A DNA stretch of 64,000 bases from Candidatus Aenigmatarchaeota archaeon (GTDB lineage Archaea > Aenigmatarchaeota > Aenigmatarchaeia > PWEA01 > JACQIF01). The notes beneath the pieces are model-generated. The model worked only from the letters and a program-made list of their open reading frames with translations. It had not been told where the DNA came from and searched no databases. Of the stretch, positions 9,102 to 19,094 are shown piece by piece. The DNA lies in the NCBI GenBank assembly GCA_016432325.1, contig CP066684.1:544001-608000 (forward strand), read 5' to 3'. The number at the start of each line of letters is the position of its first letter. The stretch's first letter is position 1. The position numbers and the translations under genes are program-made.

Positions 9102-9215
9102 AGGAAATCTGAATGCTAGCCAGCGATATATAGATATACGCGCTACGCTGTTGCATGAGCAACGACGCGGCCAATTAGAAAAAAACGAAAAATCAGGTCA
9201 TGCGATTGGCCGCTG

Positions 9216-9947
9216 TCACGGCACGGGCCGTGATAGAATGGAGAGCCCACTCGCGAAAGAGTCGAGGCCCCTCCTGATAGCGGGATTCGCGATGAAATTC
9301 ACCGGCCGCATGCTCTCCCCGCCTGCATAGTTGTTGGCCAAGGCGCCAAAGTATTCCGCTATGCACATGCCGTAGTCCTTCTCGATCCAAGCATCGACTT
9401 CGCCTGTCCCGGCTGCTGAAAGCTTTGCGTTAAGTTCTGCCATGGTAACATCTAGGACGCATGCGTAGACCGTCTGGAATTCGTTGGTTCGAGGATTGTA
9501 ATGCTCGCCTATGAACCGTAACGGATCCTTTCGGAGAACGGAGACCGAGACGCCTGTCTCTTCGGCAACCTCGCGGAAGGCCGTCGATTCTAATGGCTCG
9601 GGCTCGTACCGATCCGCAATAAGAACGGCCGCCCTCTGGCCTGCGACACTTGCGAGATCAATCTTGCCCGGCTCCCACTTCTTTTGTAACCCGCGGCGTT
9701 GCAGGAACACCGTACCTCTATTTGTAAAGAGTAGAACAATGACCGAATCATTGGCCAACTGCCCTTTGAATGCCCGCGGGAAAACGGCATCCTTTCCATG
9801 GGCGAACAACGGTTCCTCTAACGTAACCGCACCCGTAACTTGTTGCCGTAACCCGATTCCATCGGCAGTTACCGATTGGATTTCGAACCCTTCTGCGACG
9901 AGCACTGGCGTCCTAAGGCCATCCACAAGCCTCTCTCTGAACTTCAT
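9216..9947 (-). CDS. NUDIX hydrolase (IPP-isomerase-like)
   Basis: LQRR..KK.EPGKID.SVAG; AFREVAEETGV Nudix box. Confidence 0.75.
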   Translation of the reverse strand: MKFRERLVDGLRTPVLVAEGFEIQSVTADGIGLRQQVTGAVTLEEPLFAHGKDAVFPRAFKGQLANDSVIVLLFTNRGTVFLQRRGLQKKWEPGKIDLASVAGQRAAVLIADRYEPEPLESTAFREVAEETGVSVSVLRKDPLRFIGEHYNPRTNEFQTVYACVLDVTMAELNAKLSAAGTGEVDAWIEKDYGMCIAEYFGALANNYAGGESMRPVNFIANPAIRRGLDSFASGLSILSRPVP

Positions 9948-10025
9948 GGTTTGAAATGTTTCTCCGGAGCATATATGATTGACTCCGTCGTATCTGCTGG
10001 AGCCCGAGAGTCCGGATTTGGAACT

Positions 10026-10283
10026 ATGGCGGAGAAAAGGACAGCGACAAGACCGCCTTTCATCATGCGCGGAAAAACCATTTCCGCGACATGGGAGACG
10101 AGCATCAAACGAGTCCTGAGGTCAGGACAAGCGGTTCCGAGCGAGCGCGGCGGCATGTGCCTCGACGGTGTGCCCTTCGAATACGCCCTCGGCGACAAGA
10201 ATTTCAGCTCGCAGCTCAAGAAAGACTACCAGACGTTCGAGAGAAAGCCGTGGACATCCAACAGAAAGGATATTCAATTCTGA
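10026..10283 (+). pseudogene. Possible truncated thymidylate-synthase-like N-terminal fragment
   Basis: IMRGKTISATWETSIKRVLRSG..ERGG resembles the archaeal ThyA N-terminus; only 85 aa. Confidence 0.35.
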
Positions 10284-10322
10284 CTATAGATTCCACTGTC
10301 GAGGTAAAAAAAGCGGCTCCCA

Positions 10323-10625
10323 TCATCCGAACAGTCCGGCGAGTCCTTCAGCTGCTTCCTCTTCCTTCTTCTCGTCTTTCTTCTCTTCCTTCTTCTCTGC
10401 GTGCGCTCCTGCTGCTGGCGCTGCGGCCGGCGCGGCTACTGCGACTGGCATCGCGGCCTTCTCTATGGCGGCCTTGATGTCCACTCCTTGTAGCGCTGCT
10501 ACGAGCGCTTTGACGCGCGCTTCGTCCGCGTGCTCGCCTGTGGCGTCAAGCACTTTTTTAAGGTGCGTCTCGTCGACGGGCTTGCCGGCGCTGTGGAGCA
10601 ACAGAGCTGCGTGTATATACTCCAT
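10323..10625 (-). CDS. rpl12: 50S ribosomal protein L12 (P1)
   Basis: [11 protein letters not shown]...Ala hinge...[13 protein letters not shown]. Confidence 0.97.
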   Translation of the reverse strand: MEYIHAALLLHSAGKPVDETHLKKVLDATGEHADEARVKALVAALQGVDIKAAIEKAAMPVAVAAPAAAPAAGAHAEKKEEKKDEKKEEEAAEGLAGLFG

Positions 10626-10626
10626 T

Positions 10627-11559
10627 TTATTTCACCTGTTCTTTTTGTTCTCCTTCTGGAGGAGCTTGAACCGATTCTTGAGGGACCTGCGCCTTGAGCG
10701 CGACGAACTCGCGCGCGTGCTTCGCGAGAAGCTCTTCGATGACGCCCTTCTCGTACGCGCCGCTCTCGACCGCGACAGCGCGCGCCTCGCGGTAGGCCTT
10801 TTGTATTGCGAGCGGGGCCGTCTGCGCGGTGATGTATCCTGCGTTGAGCGAGAGGTTTATCGCGGCGGTTATCGCCTGCGCCAGAGACGCGTTGAACGCC
10901 GCCTCGTCGATGCGCAGAACGCTCTTATCGTAGACGAGCCCGCCTTCATAGACAGCCACCATGTCGAGCCCGATTTCCATCGGCTTGATGCTCAGCATGT
11001 TCAATACGTTAACAATCTCCGGCTTGATGGCTTCGCCGTACTTGGTGACGATTTTGTCTTCCATGATGTGAATCTTTCCGCCAACTACTTTGGCCTTCAA
11101 ACCTGCGGACGAGAACGTGCCTATCGCCGGACCCGGAGGCATGCCTGTGTCGCCACCCTTGACCAGTATGTCTTTGGGCGCGATGTCTCCTGCCTTTGCC
11201 GGAGCTTCTGACTTGTTCTGCTCGAGAAACTTGAAAAGAGAGAACGGGTTCATGTCGCTGAATATCATCGCAGGCTGGACGTGCGGCTTTGCGAGATATT
11301 CGTCCATCGCCTTCAGTTCTTTCTGGTTGAGACCGTCAATCGCGTGCTGGAATATCGCCTTTTTGGTCGTAAAAATCTTCGCCTTGCCGTCGAGCTTGAG
11401 GCGCATCTCCTGCAGCTGCGCGGCCGGCAGCTTGTGGATGTTTATCAGCCCTATGACCGAGTGTTTCTTCACGTTTTCCTGGACCGTCGCGACGCCCTCG
11501 ACCTTCGCGGGGCTCAGTCCTTCGCGGCCTTTGCGTTTCGCTACTGCGTGAGACATCAT
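10627..11559 (-). CDS. rpl10: 50S ribosomal protein L10 (P0)
   Basis: [19 protein letters not shown]; position in operon. Confidence 0.95.
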   Translation of the reverse strand: MMSHAVAKRKGREGLSPAKVEGVATVQENVKKHSVIGLINIHKLPAAQLQEMRLKLDGKAKIFTTKKAIFQHAIDGLNQKELKAMDEYLAKPHVQPAMIFSDMNPFSLFKFLEQNKSEAPAKAGDIAPKDILVKGGDTGMPPGPAIGTFSSAGLKAKVVGGKIHIMEDKIVTKYGEAIKPEIVNVLNMLSIKPMEIGLDMVAVYEGGLVYDKSVLRIDEAAFNASLAQAITAAINLSLNAGYITAQTAPLAIQKAYREARAVAVESGAYEKGVIEELLAKHAREFVALKAQVPQESVQAPPEGEQKEQVK

Positions 11560-12191
11560 ACCACCCTTATGCTCGGTCCCATCGTCAGCTTGACGTACAC
11601 GGAACCGAGTTGCTGTTTGCCTTTTGGAAGATTCTTTTCCAAGGCGTCTAGTATCGCGCGCACGTTCTCCTCTATCTTGTGGTCTTCCATGTCCTCCTTT
11701 CCGACCACCGCGTGTATCAGAGGCGTTTTGGGGCTTATCACGAGAGTCTTGGACGCGGACGCTACCAGAGTCTTGAGGTCTGCGCCTGCGGGGAACGGGC
11801 GGGGCATCTTTCCTCTCGGAGCGAGCACCGGCCCGAGACGCTTGCCGACCTCGGCCATGAGCGACGCCTCGGCCAGAAGCAAATCGTAGTCGGCGAGATG
11901 CTTGCCGCTTTCCTTGTCGAGCTTGAGCAGGTCCTGCTTGACGAGAACGTCTATTCCTTCCACTTTTCGCGCTTCCGGGGCCATGGAGTCTGCGAGCACG
12001 AGCACACGACCTGCTTTCCCGCGGCCGTGCGGGAGAATTACGTTCGCCGTGAAGCGGTTCTCGGTCTTGGCGAAGTCTATGCTCTTGAGATTGATGGAGA
12101 GGTCCACTGTCTGCACGAAGTTGCGCTTCTGTCCTGCGCGAGCCTTCTGGATAGAGCCTAGTATGTCTGTCTTCTGCTGTTGCTTCGCCAT
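11556..12191 (-). CDS. rpl1: 50S ribosomal protein L1
   Basis: RNFVQTVDL, LPHGRG, LAPRGKMP, KLTMGP. Confidence 0.97.
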   Translation of the reverse strand: MAKQQQKTDILGSIQKARAGQKRNFVQTVDLSINLKSIDFAKTENRFTANVILPHGRGKAGRVLVLADSMAPEARKVEGIDVLVKQDLLKLDKESGKHLADYDLLLAEASLMAEVGKRLGPVLAPRGKMPRPFPAGADLKTLVASASKTLVISPKTPLIHAVVGKEDMEDHKIEENVRAILDALEKNLPKGKQQLGSVYVKLTMGPSIRVV

Positions 12192-12327
12192 CTACTGGTC
12201 CCTCATAATCGTCTGAGCTGTAGATATGAAACCCGATGGTTTCATGAACAACCTCCTATCCGTCAAGAACGCAATGGCGTCCGGATAGTGAACGGTTCGA
12301 CCTTTCTGGTCGCTTAAGGTATTTAAG
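12192..12327 (-). promoter_or_regulatory. rpl1 promoter and structured 5' leader
   Basis: CTTAAATA TATA at ~12320-12327; hairpins CTATCCG/CGGATAG and ATGAAACC-N4-GGTTTCAT; GAGGG SD. Confidence 0.55.
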
Positions 12328-12387
12328 GTTGTTTTGCGCGCGTTCGCCCGCGAACAAGGATTTATAGATTTCTATCTAAGGACTGTT

Positions 12388-13023
12388 ATGGCAATCCCGT
12401 CGGCAGGCGCGGCGCAACCCGCAGGAGGCGCGGCAGAAAGACCGTCGCCGCTGTTCTATCACCTTCCTGAAGACATCGAGATCATGATTGGTATAGTTGA
12501 AAAAGCGCTGCAGGAAAAACTCCACATGGACGAAGCGTATCTAATAGCGCCTCTCCGTCTCTATCAAGAGGATGAAGTTGCGCCTGAAACAAGACTGCAT
12601 GTAGATGCACGGACTCACTGGGAAAACAAGTACAGGCTCAAATGGTCCAGAGACGCGCCTTTTAACAAAAACTCGGCGAGAACGAGCTACACTCAGGAAA
12701 GCAATTCCGACAGAGACCAGCACGAACGCCCTTCGATTGGAGAGCTCGTACTCGACGGCAAGAAACCATCCAGTGTTGTTTTCTATAGCCTCGACGAAAA
12801 GAAAGACAGGAAGCTACTGATCGATTTCCTCAGGGCTGGCTACAGAGGCTCGTTGCAGTTTTCCCTATCCGCTCTCGACGATGTCGATATCTATCACTTC
12901 AGCCCACAGTTTGTCAAGATTGAAACGGCTCACAATGTGACGCCGCCTAAATTGTCCAGAGTTACAGAATTTGTAGAGGTCCTGAACTTGCGGAAGTTCG
13001 CCGCTCACGAGCTTCCGGAATGA
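12388..13023 (+). CDS. Hypothetical protein
   Basis: Long ORF with TTTATAGA TATA ~27 nt upstream of ATG. Confidence 0.65.
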   Translation: MAIPSAGAAQPAGGAAERPSPLFYHLPEDIEIMIGIVEKALQEKLHMDEAYLIAPLRLYQEDEVAPETRLHVDARTHWENKYRLKWSRDAPFNKNSARTSYTQESNSDRDQHERPSIGELVLDGKKPSSVVFYSLDEKKDRKLLIDFLRAGYRGSLQFSLSALDDVDIYHFSPQFVKIETAHNVTPPKLSRVTEFVEVLNLRKFAAHELPE

Positions 13024-14021
13024 ACGCGCTCGCGCCTGTACACGTGCCTCAGCACTTCCTGCCACATCGGCTCGATGCCTTCGCGCGTAACAGCCGAAAC
13101 GGCAAGCGTCCCTTCGACTCGCGCGACATCGCACTTGTTGTAAACGGCAATAATCGGTTTCTTGTAAGTCGCCTTGATTTCCTTGTACAGGGCTTCCTGC
13201 TGTTCGAGAGGATATGTATCCGTCGGGTCGTACACGTAAACGATAACAGACGCCACGTGGCTCAGAGCCGCGATAGCCTGCTTCTCTATGCGGTTCCGGT
13301 CCTTCAGCGGGCGGTCCAAGAGCCCCGGCGTATCGACTATCTGCACGTCCCCGTAGCGGCCTTCGGCATACGAAACCATCAGGCCTTTTGTAGTAAAGGG
13401 GTACGGCTGTATCTCAGGGCGCGAGCCAGTCAAAGCCGCGAGAAGGGAAGATTTCCCAACGTTCGGCAGGCCTGCGATGACGACAGTAGGGAGATCCTTG
13501 AGGTTAGGCACATTCGTGAGCATTGCCTTGCACTCGATGAGATACGCCAGGTCTTTCTTGACCTTGTCCACTGTCGCGGACGCGATGCCGTAGAATTCTA
13601 TGCGCAGGCGGTTCATCGTGTGGAACTCCCTCGCGTTGCGCAGGCGGCCCGTGTACTTGCTTTGCTGCGTCCCGATCTCCGCGGCTGCCCATTTCAAAGC
13701 GCCCAGCGCCTTCTTGAAGCGGTCTACGTCCACGAGCACCGCGACGAGGTCCTGCTGGAAAGGCGGAAGCTTGTCGTATGAGAACGTGTTCGTTACGACC
13801 TCCTGCAGCTCTGAAACGAGAACGTCGCCTGATATTCCTATGCGTATGCTCTCTTTCTCGCGCGCGGCCCAAAGCCTCCCTCTCTTTTCCTGTTCTTCTG
13901 TCTGGCCTTCCGCCGCCCGCACCACAGAGGCGCGCTTGGACGCGCGGCTGAACGCCCTGTCGAGCAGTATCTTCTTCGTCGGCACGTCGGGCATCCGTAT
14001 CCTTTCGGTCACTTCTTCCAT
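13005..14021 (-). CDS. NOG1-family GTP-binding protein
   Basis: GLPNVGKSS, YPFTT, DTPGLLDR, NKCD. Confidence 0.93.
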   Translation of the reverse strand: MEEVTERIRMPDVPTKKILLDRAFSRASKRASVVRAAEGQTEEQEKRGRLWAAREKESIRIGISGDVLVSELQEVVTNTFSYDKLPPFQQDLVAVLVDVDRFKKALGALKWAAAEIGTQQSKYTGRLRNAREFHTMNRLRIEFYGIASATVDKVKKDLAYLIECKAMLTNVPNLKDLPTVVIAGLPNVGKSSLLAALTGSRPEIQPYPFTTKGLMVSYAEGRYGDVQIVDTPGLLDRPLKDRNRIEKQAIAALSHVASVIVYVYDPTDTYPLEQQEALYKEIKATYKKPIIAVYNKCDVARVEGTLAVSAVTREGIEPMWQEVLRHVYRRERVHSGSS

Positions 14022-14109
14022 AGCGTAGTTTCACCCTTTCTTGAGACGCGACTTCTTTGCTAGCAACTGCGCCAGACGGCTTTTAATAGGCAGCGGCGTC
14101 ACGCTTACC

Positions 14110-14592
14110 ATGTTCGGCATTGGGTCCCCCGGCAAGACGCGTTCCCAGAAGAACGTGGCTCTGTACGTCGACGGTCCCAACCTTCTTCGCAAGGAGCTCA
14201 GCACAGACCTCAACGCGCTGCGCGAGACTGTAAAGAAATACGGACGGCTCGTGACGGCAAAGGTTTTCCTGAACCAGTTCACCCCGCAGAAGATGATTGA
14301 AGCCGTGGCTAACCAAGGGTGGGAACCCGTCGTCGTGATGGCAGGCGCTGCGCGCGAGGAGAAGAGCGACGTGGACGCGATGATGGGCGCTTCCATCATG
14401 GAAGGGGTTCTGGATGCGAAGGTCGACGTCATCGTGGTCGCTACCAGAGACGCCGACTTCACGCCCGTGGTTTTGAAGGCCAAAGCGTACGGGAAGGAGA
14501 CCGTAGTGATAGGCGCCGAGCCCTCGTTTTCCGTGGCCTTGAGGAACGCGGCGGACCATGTGGAAACGCTCAACGGCGCAGAGATGGCGTAA
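14110..14592 (+). CDS. NYN-domain protein (TIGR00288-like)
   Basis: VDGPN, SDVD, TRDADF, GKETVVIG, ALRNAAD. Confidence 0.88.
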   Translation: MFGIGSPGKTRSQKNVALYVDGPNLLRKELSTDLNALRETVKKYGRLVTAKVFLNQFTPQKMIEAVANQGWEPVVVMAGAAREEKSDVDAMMGASIMEGVLDAKVDVIVVATRDADFTPVVLKAKAYGKETVVIGAEPSFSVALRNAADHVETLNGAEMA

Positions 14593-14625
14593 AGGTTTTC
14601 TTCTGGCACCGCGGTTTTTCCACAC

Positions 14626-14641
14626 TTACCACCGCAGTGGT
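14626..14641 (+). repeat. Left 16-bp direct repeat TTACCACCGCAGTGGT (palindromic core)
   Basis: Identical to 15079-15094; one mismatch to 38617-38632. Confidence 0.9.
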
Positions 14642-14680
14642 AGTGCCTGTTTTATATGTTACCAGAGACCCTAAGCTTGT

Positions 14681-15055
14681 ATGGCGTCTGGAAAGGAACT
14701 GTTCCTGAATGCGCTCGTTGTAATAGCAGGCATCCTGACTGCGATACTGCAGATCTATCGCGCGGGCGATGTAGCAAACTTAGTCCTGTTGGGCGCGCTC
14801 CTTATGTTTGTCGTAGTCTACTTTATATATAATTGGCTACGAGAGTATTTCGATAAGATAGAAAAACTCGAAGAGTCTGCGAATAGACTTGAGGGGAGAC
14901 TGGATTATATGAACGAACTGCATGACATCGAAAAGAGAACGGCCCTTCTTGAATACAAGGCCAGTCTGAAAGGCGCGATAGATCCCCGTTACATCATAGT
15001 GGCTATCATACTCTTCCTCTTCGTACTCTACCTGAGAACCGCGGGCTTTATCTGA
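14681..15055 (+). CDS. Small membrane protein (2 TM, coiled coil, C-terminal TM) between direct repeats
   Basis: Hydropathy pattern; AT-richer than flanks; TTTTATAT TATA upstream. Confidence 0.75.
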   Translation: MASGKELFLNALVVIAGILTAILQIYRAGDVANLVLLGALLMFVVVYFIYNWLREYFDKIEKLEESANRLEGRLDYMNELHDIEKRTALLEYKASLKGAIDPRYIIVAIILFLFVLYLRTAGFI

Positions 15056-15078
15056 CGAATCCGGTCGAAAACTCCGTA

Positions 15079-15113
15079 TTACCACCGCAGTGGTCGAAAA
15101 AGCTTGACCTTCC
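15079..15113 (+). repeat. 35-bp promoter module repeated at 38617-38651 (includes right 16-bp direct repeat)
   Basis: TTACCACCGCRGTGGTCGAAAAAGCTTGACCTTCC, 34/35 identity. Confidence 0.9.
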
Positions 15114-15125
15114 CGGCCGCACAAT

Positions 15126-15671
15126 ATGGGCATGAAACTCGGTTACGCGGTCGTCGCAATTCTGCTCGTAGCTAACGCCTACCAGTTCTTGGAGAGGCCT
15201 GCGATGCCGCAGGAGGGAGAAGCCGTTCTCGTGACGGACGACGACTACTTCAGCGTCGCGTACTCCCTGATAGAAAACGCCAATGAGTCTTTATACGTAA
15301 TAGCGTTCGAGATGAAATATTACAGGAACTATCCTGATTCCAAGCCGAACCAACTCGTAAACGCTCTGATAGCCGCGGAGAGGCGAGGCGTCGACGTGCG
15401 CGTCGTCACTGACGAATATCTCAACCAGTACGGAGACGACGCGACCGCGGTTGTGAGGCTTCTGCGCGCCAACGGAGTGGACGCGAAGCTCGACGGCTCT
15501 GAACGCACCACCCACGCGAAGGTGCTGGTTGTCGACGGAACGTACGTTCTGATAGGTTCGACCAACTGGTCTCACACGTCGATGGAAAAGAACGCCGAGG
15601 CGAACGTTTTGGTGCGCTCGAGAGGGTTGGCCAAGGATATGGAAGCATACTTCGAAAGCCTAGCATCATAG
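15126..15671 (+). CDS. Single-HKD phospholipase D/Nuc-family protein with N-terminal anchor
   Basis: THAKVLVVD..GSTNWS..N.E. Confidence 0.88.
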   Translation: MGMKLGYAVVAILLVANAYQFLERPAMPQEGEAVLVTDDDYFSVAYSLIENANESLYVIAFEMKYYRNYPDSKPNQLVNALIAAERRGVDVRVVTDEYLNQYGDDATAVVRLLRANGVDAKLDGSERTTHAKVLVVDGTYVLIGSTNWSHTSMEKNAEANVLVRSRGLAKDMEAYFESLAS

Positions 15672-15701
15672 GTTTTATATCCGAATCCACAATCTTTCCA
15701 C

Positions 15702-16757
15702 ATGCGCTCAAAAGGCATCTCCCCCATAATCGCCTCTGTGCTGATCGTTCTCGTGGTGATAGGCCTCGCGGCGACGTACACGACGTGGTCGTCTCGCATC
15801 TTCGGTCAGGTCACGGAAGAGAGCGGCGAGGCCGTGACGCGAACGACACAACAGCTATTTTCGCAGTTCGACATACAGGGCGCGGCTGACCAGCGCGTCT
15901 TCATAAAGAACACGGGCACCTCGAAGCTCTCCCAGTCCGCGCTGGAGGTTTTCTACGACGGCGAACCTATCGCGTACGCCGCGGATTTCGACGTTCTGGA
16001 GCGCGACGAGCTGGGCACTCTCACGCTGCGCGGGCTGTGGAAATACGGCGCTGGAGACCACGCGCTGCGCGTCACAGCAGGCTCGTTCGCCGATTCTTCC
16101 GGCGTCACGGCGTCCACGGCGCACGGCGTCGCCGGAGATTGGAGGTTTGAAGAGGGTTCTGGCGCATCGGCTGGCGACTCCAGCGGCAACGGCAACACTG
16201 GTGCGATAGCCAACGCCGTGTACGCGACAGACACGCCGCACGCCTCTTCGCACTACGCCCTGAGTTTCAACGGCGCCAACAGCAAGGTATCCATTCCTCC
16301 AAGCACGTCGTTCAACGTCTATCCGGGCGTGCGAACGATTGAAGTGTGGATAAAACGCACTTCGGGCTGGGCCGTCGAACAGGAATTTTCCAACGTCGAG
16401 GTGGGTAATTTAGAGATCGTCGGCTGGAGCTATGAGTTTGCCTCGACATACCAAGACGGGCCTTCCGAGGCCAACTGCGGCTATCCAACCCAATGGAAGG
16501 CGAACACGTGGCATCATGTTGTAGTACAGCAGAACCGCGTGACTGGAGGACAGGGATACCTGCGCGCTTACCTCGACGGAATCCTCGTCTGCGACAGGAG
16601 CGGCCTATCGTTCGGTCAGGGACCGAACAGCTACCTGTATTTCGGCGCGCGCGGCACAAACAACGACCTGTGGCTCAACGGCCTCATGGACGACGTTCGC
16701 GTATACGCGGGCGCGCTGACGCCGGACGAGTTGTATGCACTGAAGCTCAAGAACTGA
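15702..16757 (+). CDS. Type IV pilin N-terminal + LamG domain surface protein
   Basis: MRSKG/ISPIIASVL; WRFEEGSG, TIEVWIK, WHHVV, GLMDDVRVY. Confidence 0.88.
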   Translation: MRSKGISPIIASVLIVLVVIGLAATYTTWSSRIFGQVTEESGEAVTRTTQQLFSQFDIQGAADQRVFIKNTGTSKLSQSALEVFYDGEPIAYAADFDVLERDELGTLTLRGLWKYGAGDHALRVTAGSFADSSGVTASTAHGVAGDWRFEEGSGASAGDSSGNGNTGAIANAVYATDTPHASSHYALSFNGANSKVSIPPSTSFNVYPGVRTIEVWIKRTSGWAVEQEFSNVEVGNLEIVGWSYEFASTYQDGPSEANCGYPTQWKANTWHHVVVQQNRVTGGQGYLRAYLDGILVCDRSGLSFGQGPNSYLYFGARGTNNDLWLNGLMDDVRVYAGALTPDELYALKLKN

Positions 16758-17082
16758 AGCCGTAAGGCCGGAGAGCCGAGGCGACCAGATTGTTTACGAA
16801 ACCGGTGAAAAAGACCAGCGCAAGTACGAACACTCCGACAAGCACTATTGCAAACACAATAGTCCAGTTGAAGCCTCTCTTCTTCGCCGGCGCAACGGCC
16901 TGCGCGTGTTCGGGCCTCGCAGACTCCTCAACGACCCCTTCTTCGCGTACGTCGCCCAGAACCTCGTCCGCCATGCGGGGGTCATAACCGGCCTGCTGAA
17001 GAGACGCGCGTATCTGGTCTTGCGCGAAGCCTGCGGCGTACTGGTCTAGAATCCACTTGCGCATTGCTTCGTCTACTGGCAT
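16747..17082 (-). CDS. Hypothetical membrane protein (N-terminal helical domain, C-terminal TM)
   Basis: AAGF..DQIR.SL..AGY motif and TM segment. Confidence 0.7.
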   Translation of the reverse strand: MPVDEAMRKWILDQYAAGFAQDQIRASLQQAGYDPRMADEVLGDVREEGVVEESARPEHAQAVAPAKKRGFNWTIVFAIVLVGVFVLALVFFTGFVNNLVASALRPYGFSS

Positions 17083-17106
17083 GCGTAGTTTGCGCCGTAT
17101 CCGTTC

Positions 17107-18330
17107 TTAAACCTTATACCTCAGCGTCGCCGCGATTCCGCCTATCTGGTAGAGCTGCTCGCCTTCTGCGGTGTCGCGCGAAATAGGAACGACGCGCGCG
17201 CCTGTGGTCTTGGCCAGCTCTTCAAGAGCCTCGAGCATCTCGCGCTCGCCGACTATTTTCATGTGCTTCGAGCACTGCGCGCAGGCGTGTGACGCACGCT
17301 CTTCCTTTTTCACAATTACTTTCTCCGAATTTCCGCATTCGCACAGGTATTCAACTTCCTCCAGTTTCGCGTGTTCTGAAACTAGAACTACATCAGCCGC
17401 GCCCATTTCAATCGCGCGTCGCACGTTCTGCAAGCCGTACGTCGCCTTGCCTCCGCGGTTGAACTCGTCGAAGAAGCTTTTGACAATCTCTTTTTCTTTC
17501 GCTACCGCGGCCTCTTTCAGGACGTCCTGCGAGCGGTTGAACAACTCGTCGAGTCCGTGCTCGCCTGTGTAGCCCGTGTCCTTCACGGCGATTATCCTCT
17601 TCTTCAGCGCGTCTGCGAGGTAATCTCCATCGACGAACTTCTCTTTCATCGGTCCCGGACCGCCGACGATGACGCCGCGCACGTCATCGGCCTCGAAATA
17701 TTGGCGAAAGAGCGCGGCCGCACGTTTCATGTGGTCTTCTATGAGCCCCTGGCGGACGCGCTCGAATCTGGCAGCGCTCTGACCGCCAGCCGCTACCTTA
17801 CTCGGCACAGGCGAATCCATGTGACCAAGGAACGAGATTCGTTTGCCGCGCAGCAACCCGTAGTCCGCATCGTTCGAATCGATAACGAAAAGTCCGTAGA
17901 CCTCCTTCTCCTTTATCATGTCGCGCAGAGGGTCCAGGTCAAACCGCTGGTCGCACCAGTAGAGTTCGGTGTAGAGCGTGTCTGGAGGCTCCAGAGCCCA
18001 CATCTGCATGTCGTCGACACCTTCTTTTTCCGAGACGTTGCCGCAGAAAATCGCGAGTCCGTTATCGGGCGTGCGCTTGTAGAGCTTGAGGTGCTGGAGA
18101 ATCTTTTCGAGAGAGTTGACGACGTTCTTGCGCGTGGCCTTGGACTTTATGTTCTCTGCGGTGCCCATCTCGTTGCGCAGCTGGTTCATCATGTCCGTGA
18201 CGCTGGATTTCGCGGCGATGTAGACCGTGACGAGCTCCGTGTGACGGCCCTTCCTCTGCTCCAGATCTTCGATCAGCTTCTTCAATTTTCTTCGTTCTTC
18301 GGCTTTGTCGTCTTTATTCCCGTCAGACAT
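17107..18330 (-). CDS. prf1: Peptide chain release factor aRF1
   Basis: NIKS, YWCD, GGQS motifs; Zn-ribbon insert. Confidence 0.96.
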   Translation of the reverse strand: MSDGNKDDKAEERRKLKKLIEDLEQRKGRHTELVTVYIAAKSSVTDMMNQLRNEMGTAENIKSKATRKNVVNSLEKILQHLKLYKRTPDNGLAIFCGNVSEKEGVDDMQMWALEPPDTLYTELYWCDQRFDLDPLRDMIKEKEVYGLFVIDSNDADYGLLRGKRISFLGHMDSPVPSKVAAGGQSAARFERVRQGLIEDHMKRAAALFRQYFEADDVRGVIVGGPGPMKEKFVDGDYLADALKKRIIAVKDTGYTGEHGLDELFNRSQDVLKEAAVAKEKEIVKSFFDEFNRGGKATYGLQNVRRAIEMGAADVVLVSEHAKLEEVEYLCECGNSEKVIVKKEERASHACAQCSKHMKIVGEREMLEALEELAKTTGARVVPISRDTAEGEQLYQIGGIAATLRYKV

Positions 18331-18362
18331 AGTAACCACTGGATGAGCTATCCACTTAAATG

Positions 18363-19019
18363 TTAGATGCGCAGCCTATCTGCCGCATTGAGCTTCATGC
18401 GAATGGGCTGGAGATCGGTAAGGCGGTCGAAGAGGTTGTGGTAGTCGCCGTAGATGTGGTCCAAGCCGCCAAAATGGACCACCGAGTTTCTTTGTCTTCT
18501 CAGCAATCGTTCGGCAAAAGCGTCCCGCTCTGAAAGGAAGGCCTCCAAGTCAGGCGCGTCCCTCACAGGATAGGCTTCTAGCGTGTATTCCGCATCCGTA
18601 AATGCGCGGCGTGGAGGCTGCTGCAGCAATTTTTCAAACTCACGGCCCGGGTTGTTGTCAGGGATAGCCATGACCTGATCGATGATTTTGTCCGTCTCCT
18701 CGGTTTCGCAGAACAGCATGCCTGTCCGATGGCGCCGGCGATAGTCCCGCACGGCGCGCATGTTAGAGAACATGTTCGTGAGGAACAAGCGGACTGTCTC
18801 TGGATGGGCATCTGGATACTCGACAACCAGTTTCCTCTGCTTCTCTTCCAAAACGCCGTCTTTGGACGTCTCGTCCAGATATCCCATCGCTGTCGCGTAG
18901 TAATCGGGCGTGGTCTCGACGCTTATCACATGCGGCTTGAAGGCGTTGAAGATTCGCGTCAGTCGTCTGTACGCTCTTATGTCCGTGTGGTCCTCGCCTA
19001 CCAGAATTATCCTGGGCAT
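18363..19019 (-). CDS. Hypothetical protein, possibly TraB/ChaN-like fold
   Basis: ILVGEDH, ISVE, ERD, GLDH pattern. Confidence 0.5.
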   Translation of the reverse strand: MPRIILVGEDHTDIRAYRRLTRIFNAFKPHVISVETTPDYYATAMGYLDETSKDGVLEEKQRKLVVEYPDAHPETVRLFLTNMFSNMRAVRDYRRRHRTGMLFCETEETDKIIDQVMAIPDNNPGREFEKLLQQPPRRAFTDAEYTLEAYPVRDAPDLEAFLSERDAFAERLLRRQRNSVVHFGGLDHIYGDYHNLFDRLTDLQPIRMKLNAADRLRI

Positions 19020-19094
19020 GCGAATGCTTGCGCAGGAATCTTTAAAAACCCGTTTTAAGCTTCCCCCTTCAGAGAGGGAAATCTGTAATTCTGC

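Noticed and set aside
10168-11211. Long antisense ORFs (also 35611-36639, 50287-51345, 52804-54144, 61228-62226)
   Set aside because: Shadow frames of well-supported genes in GC-rich DNA; no recognisable motifs
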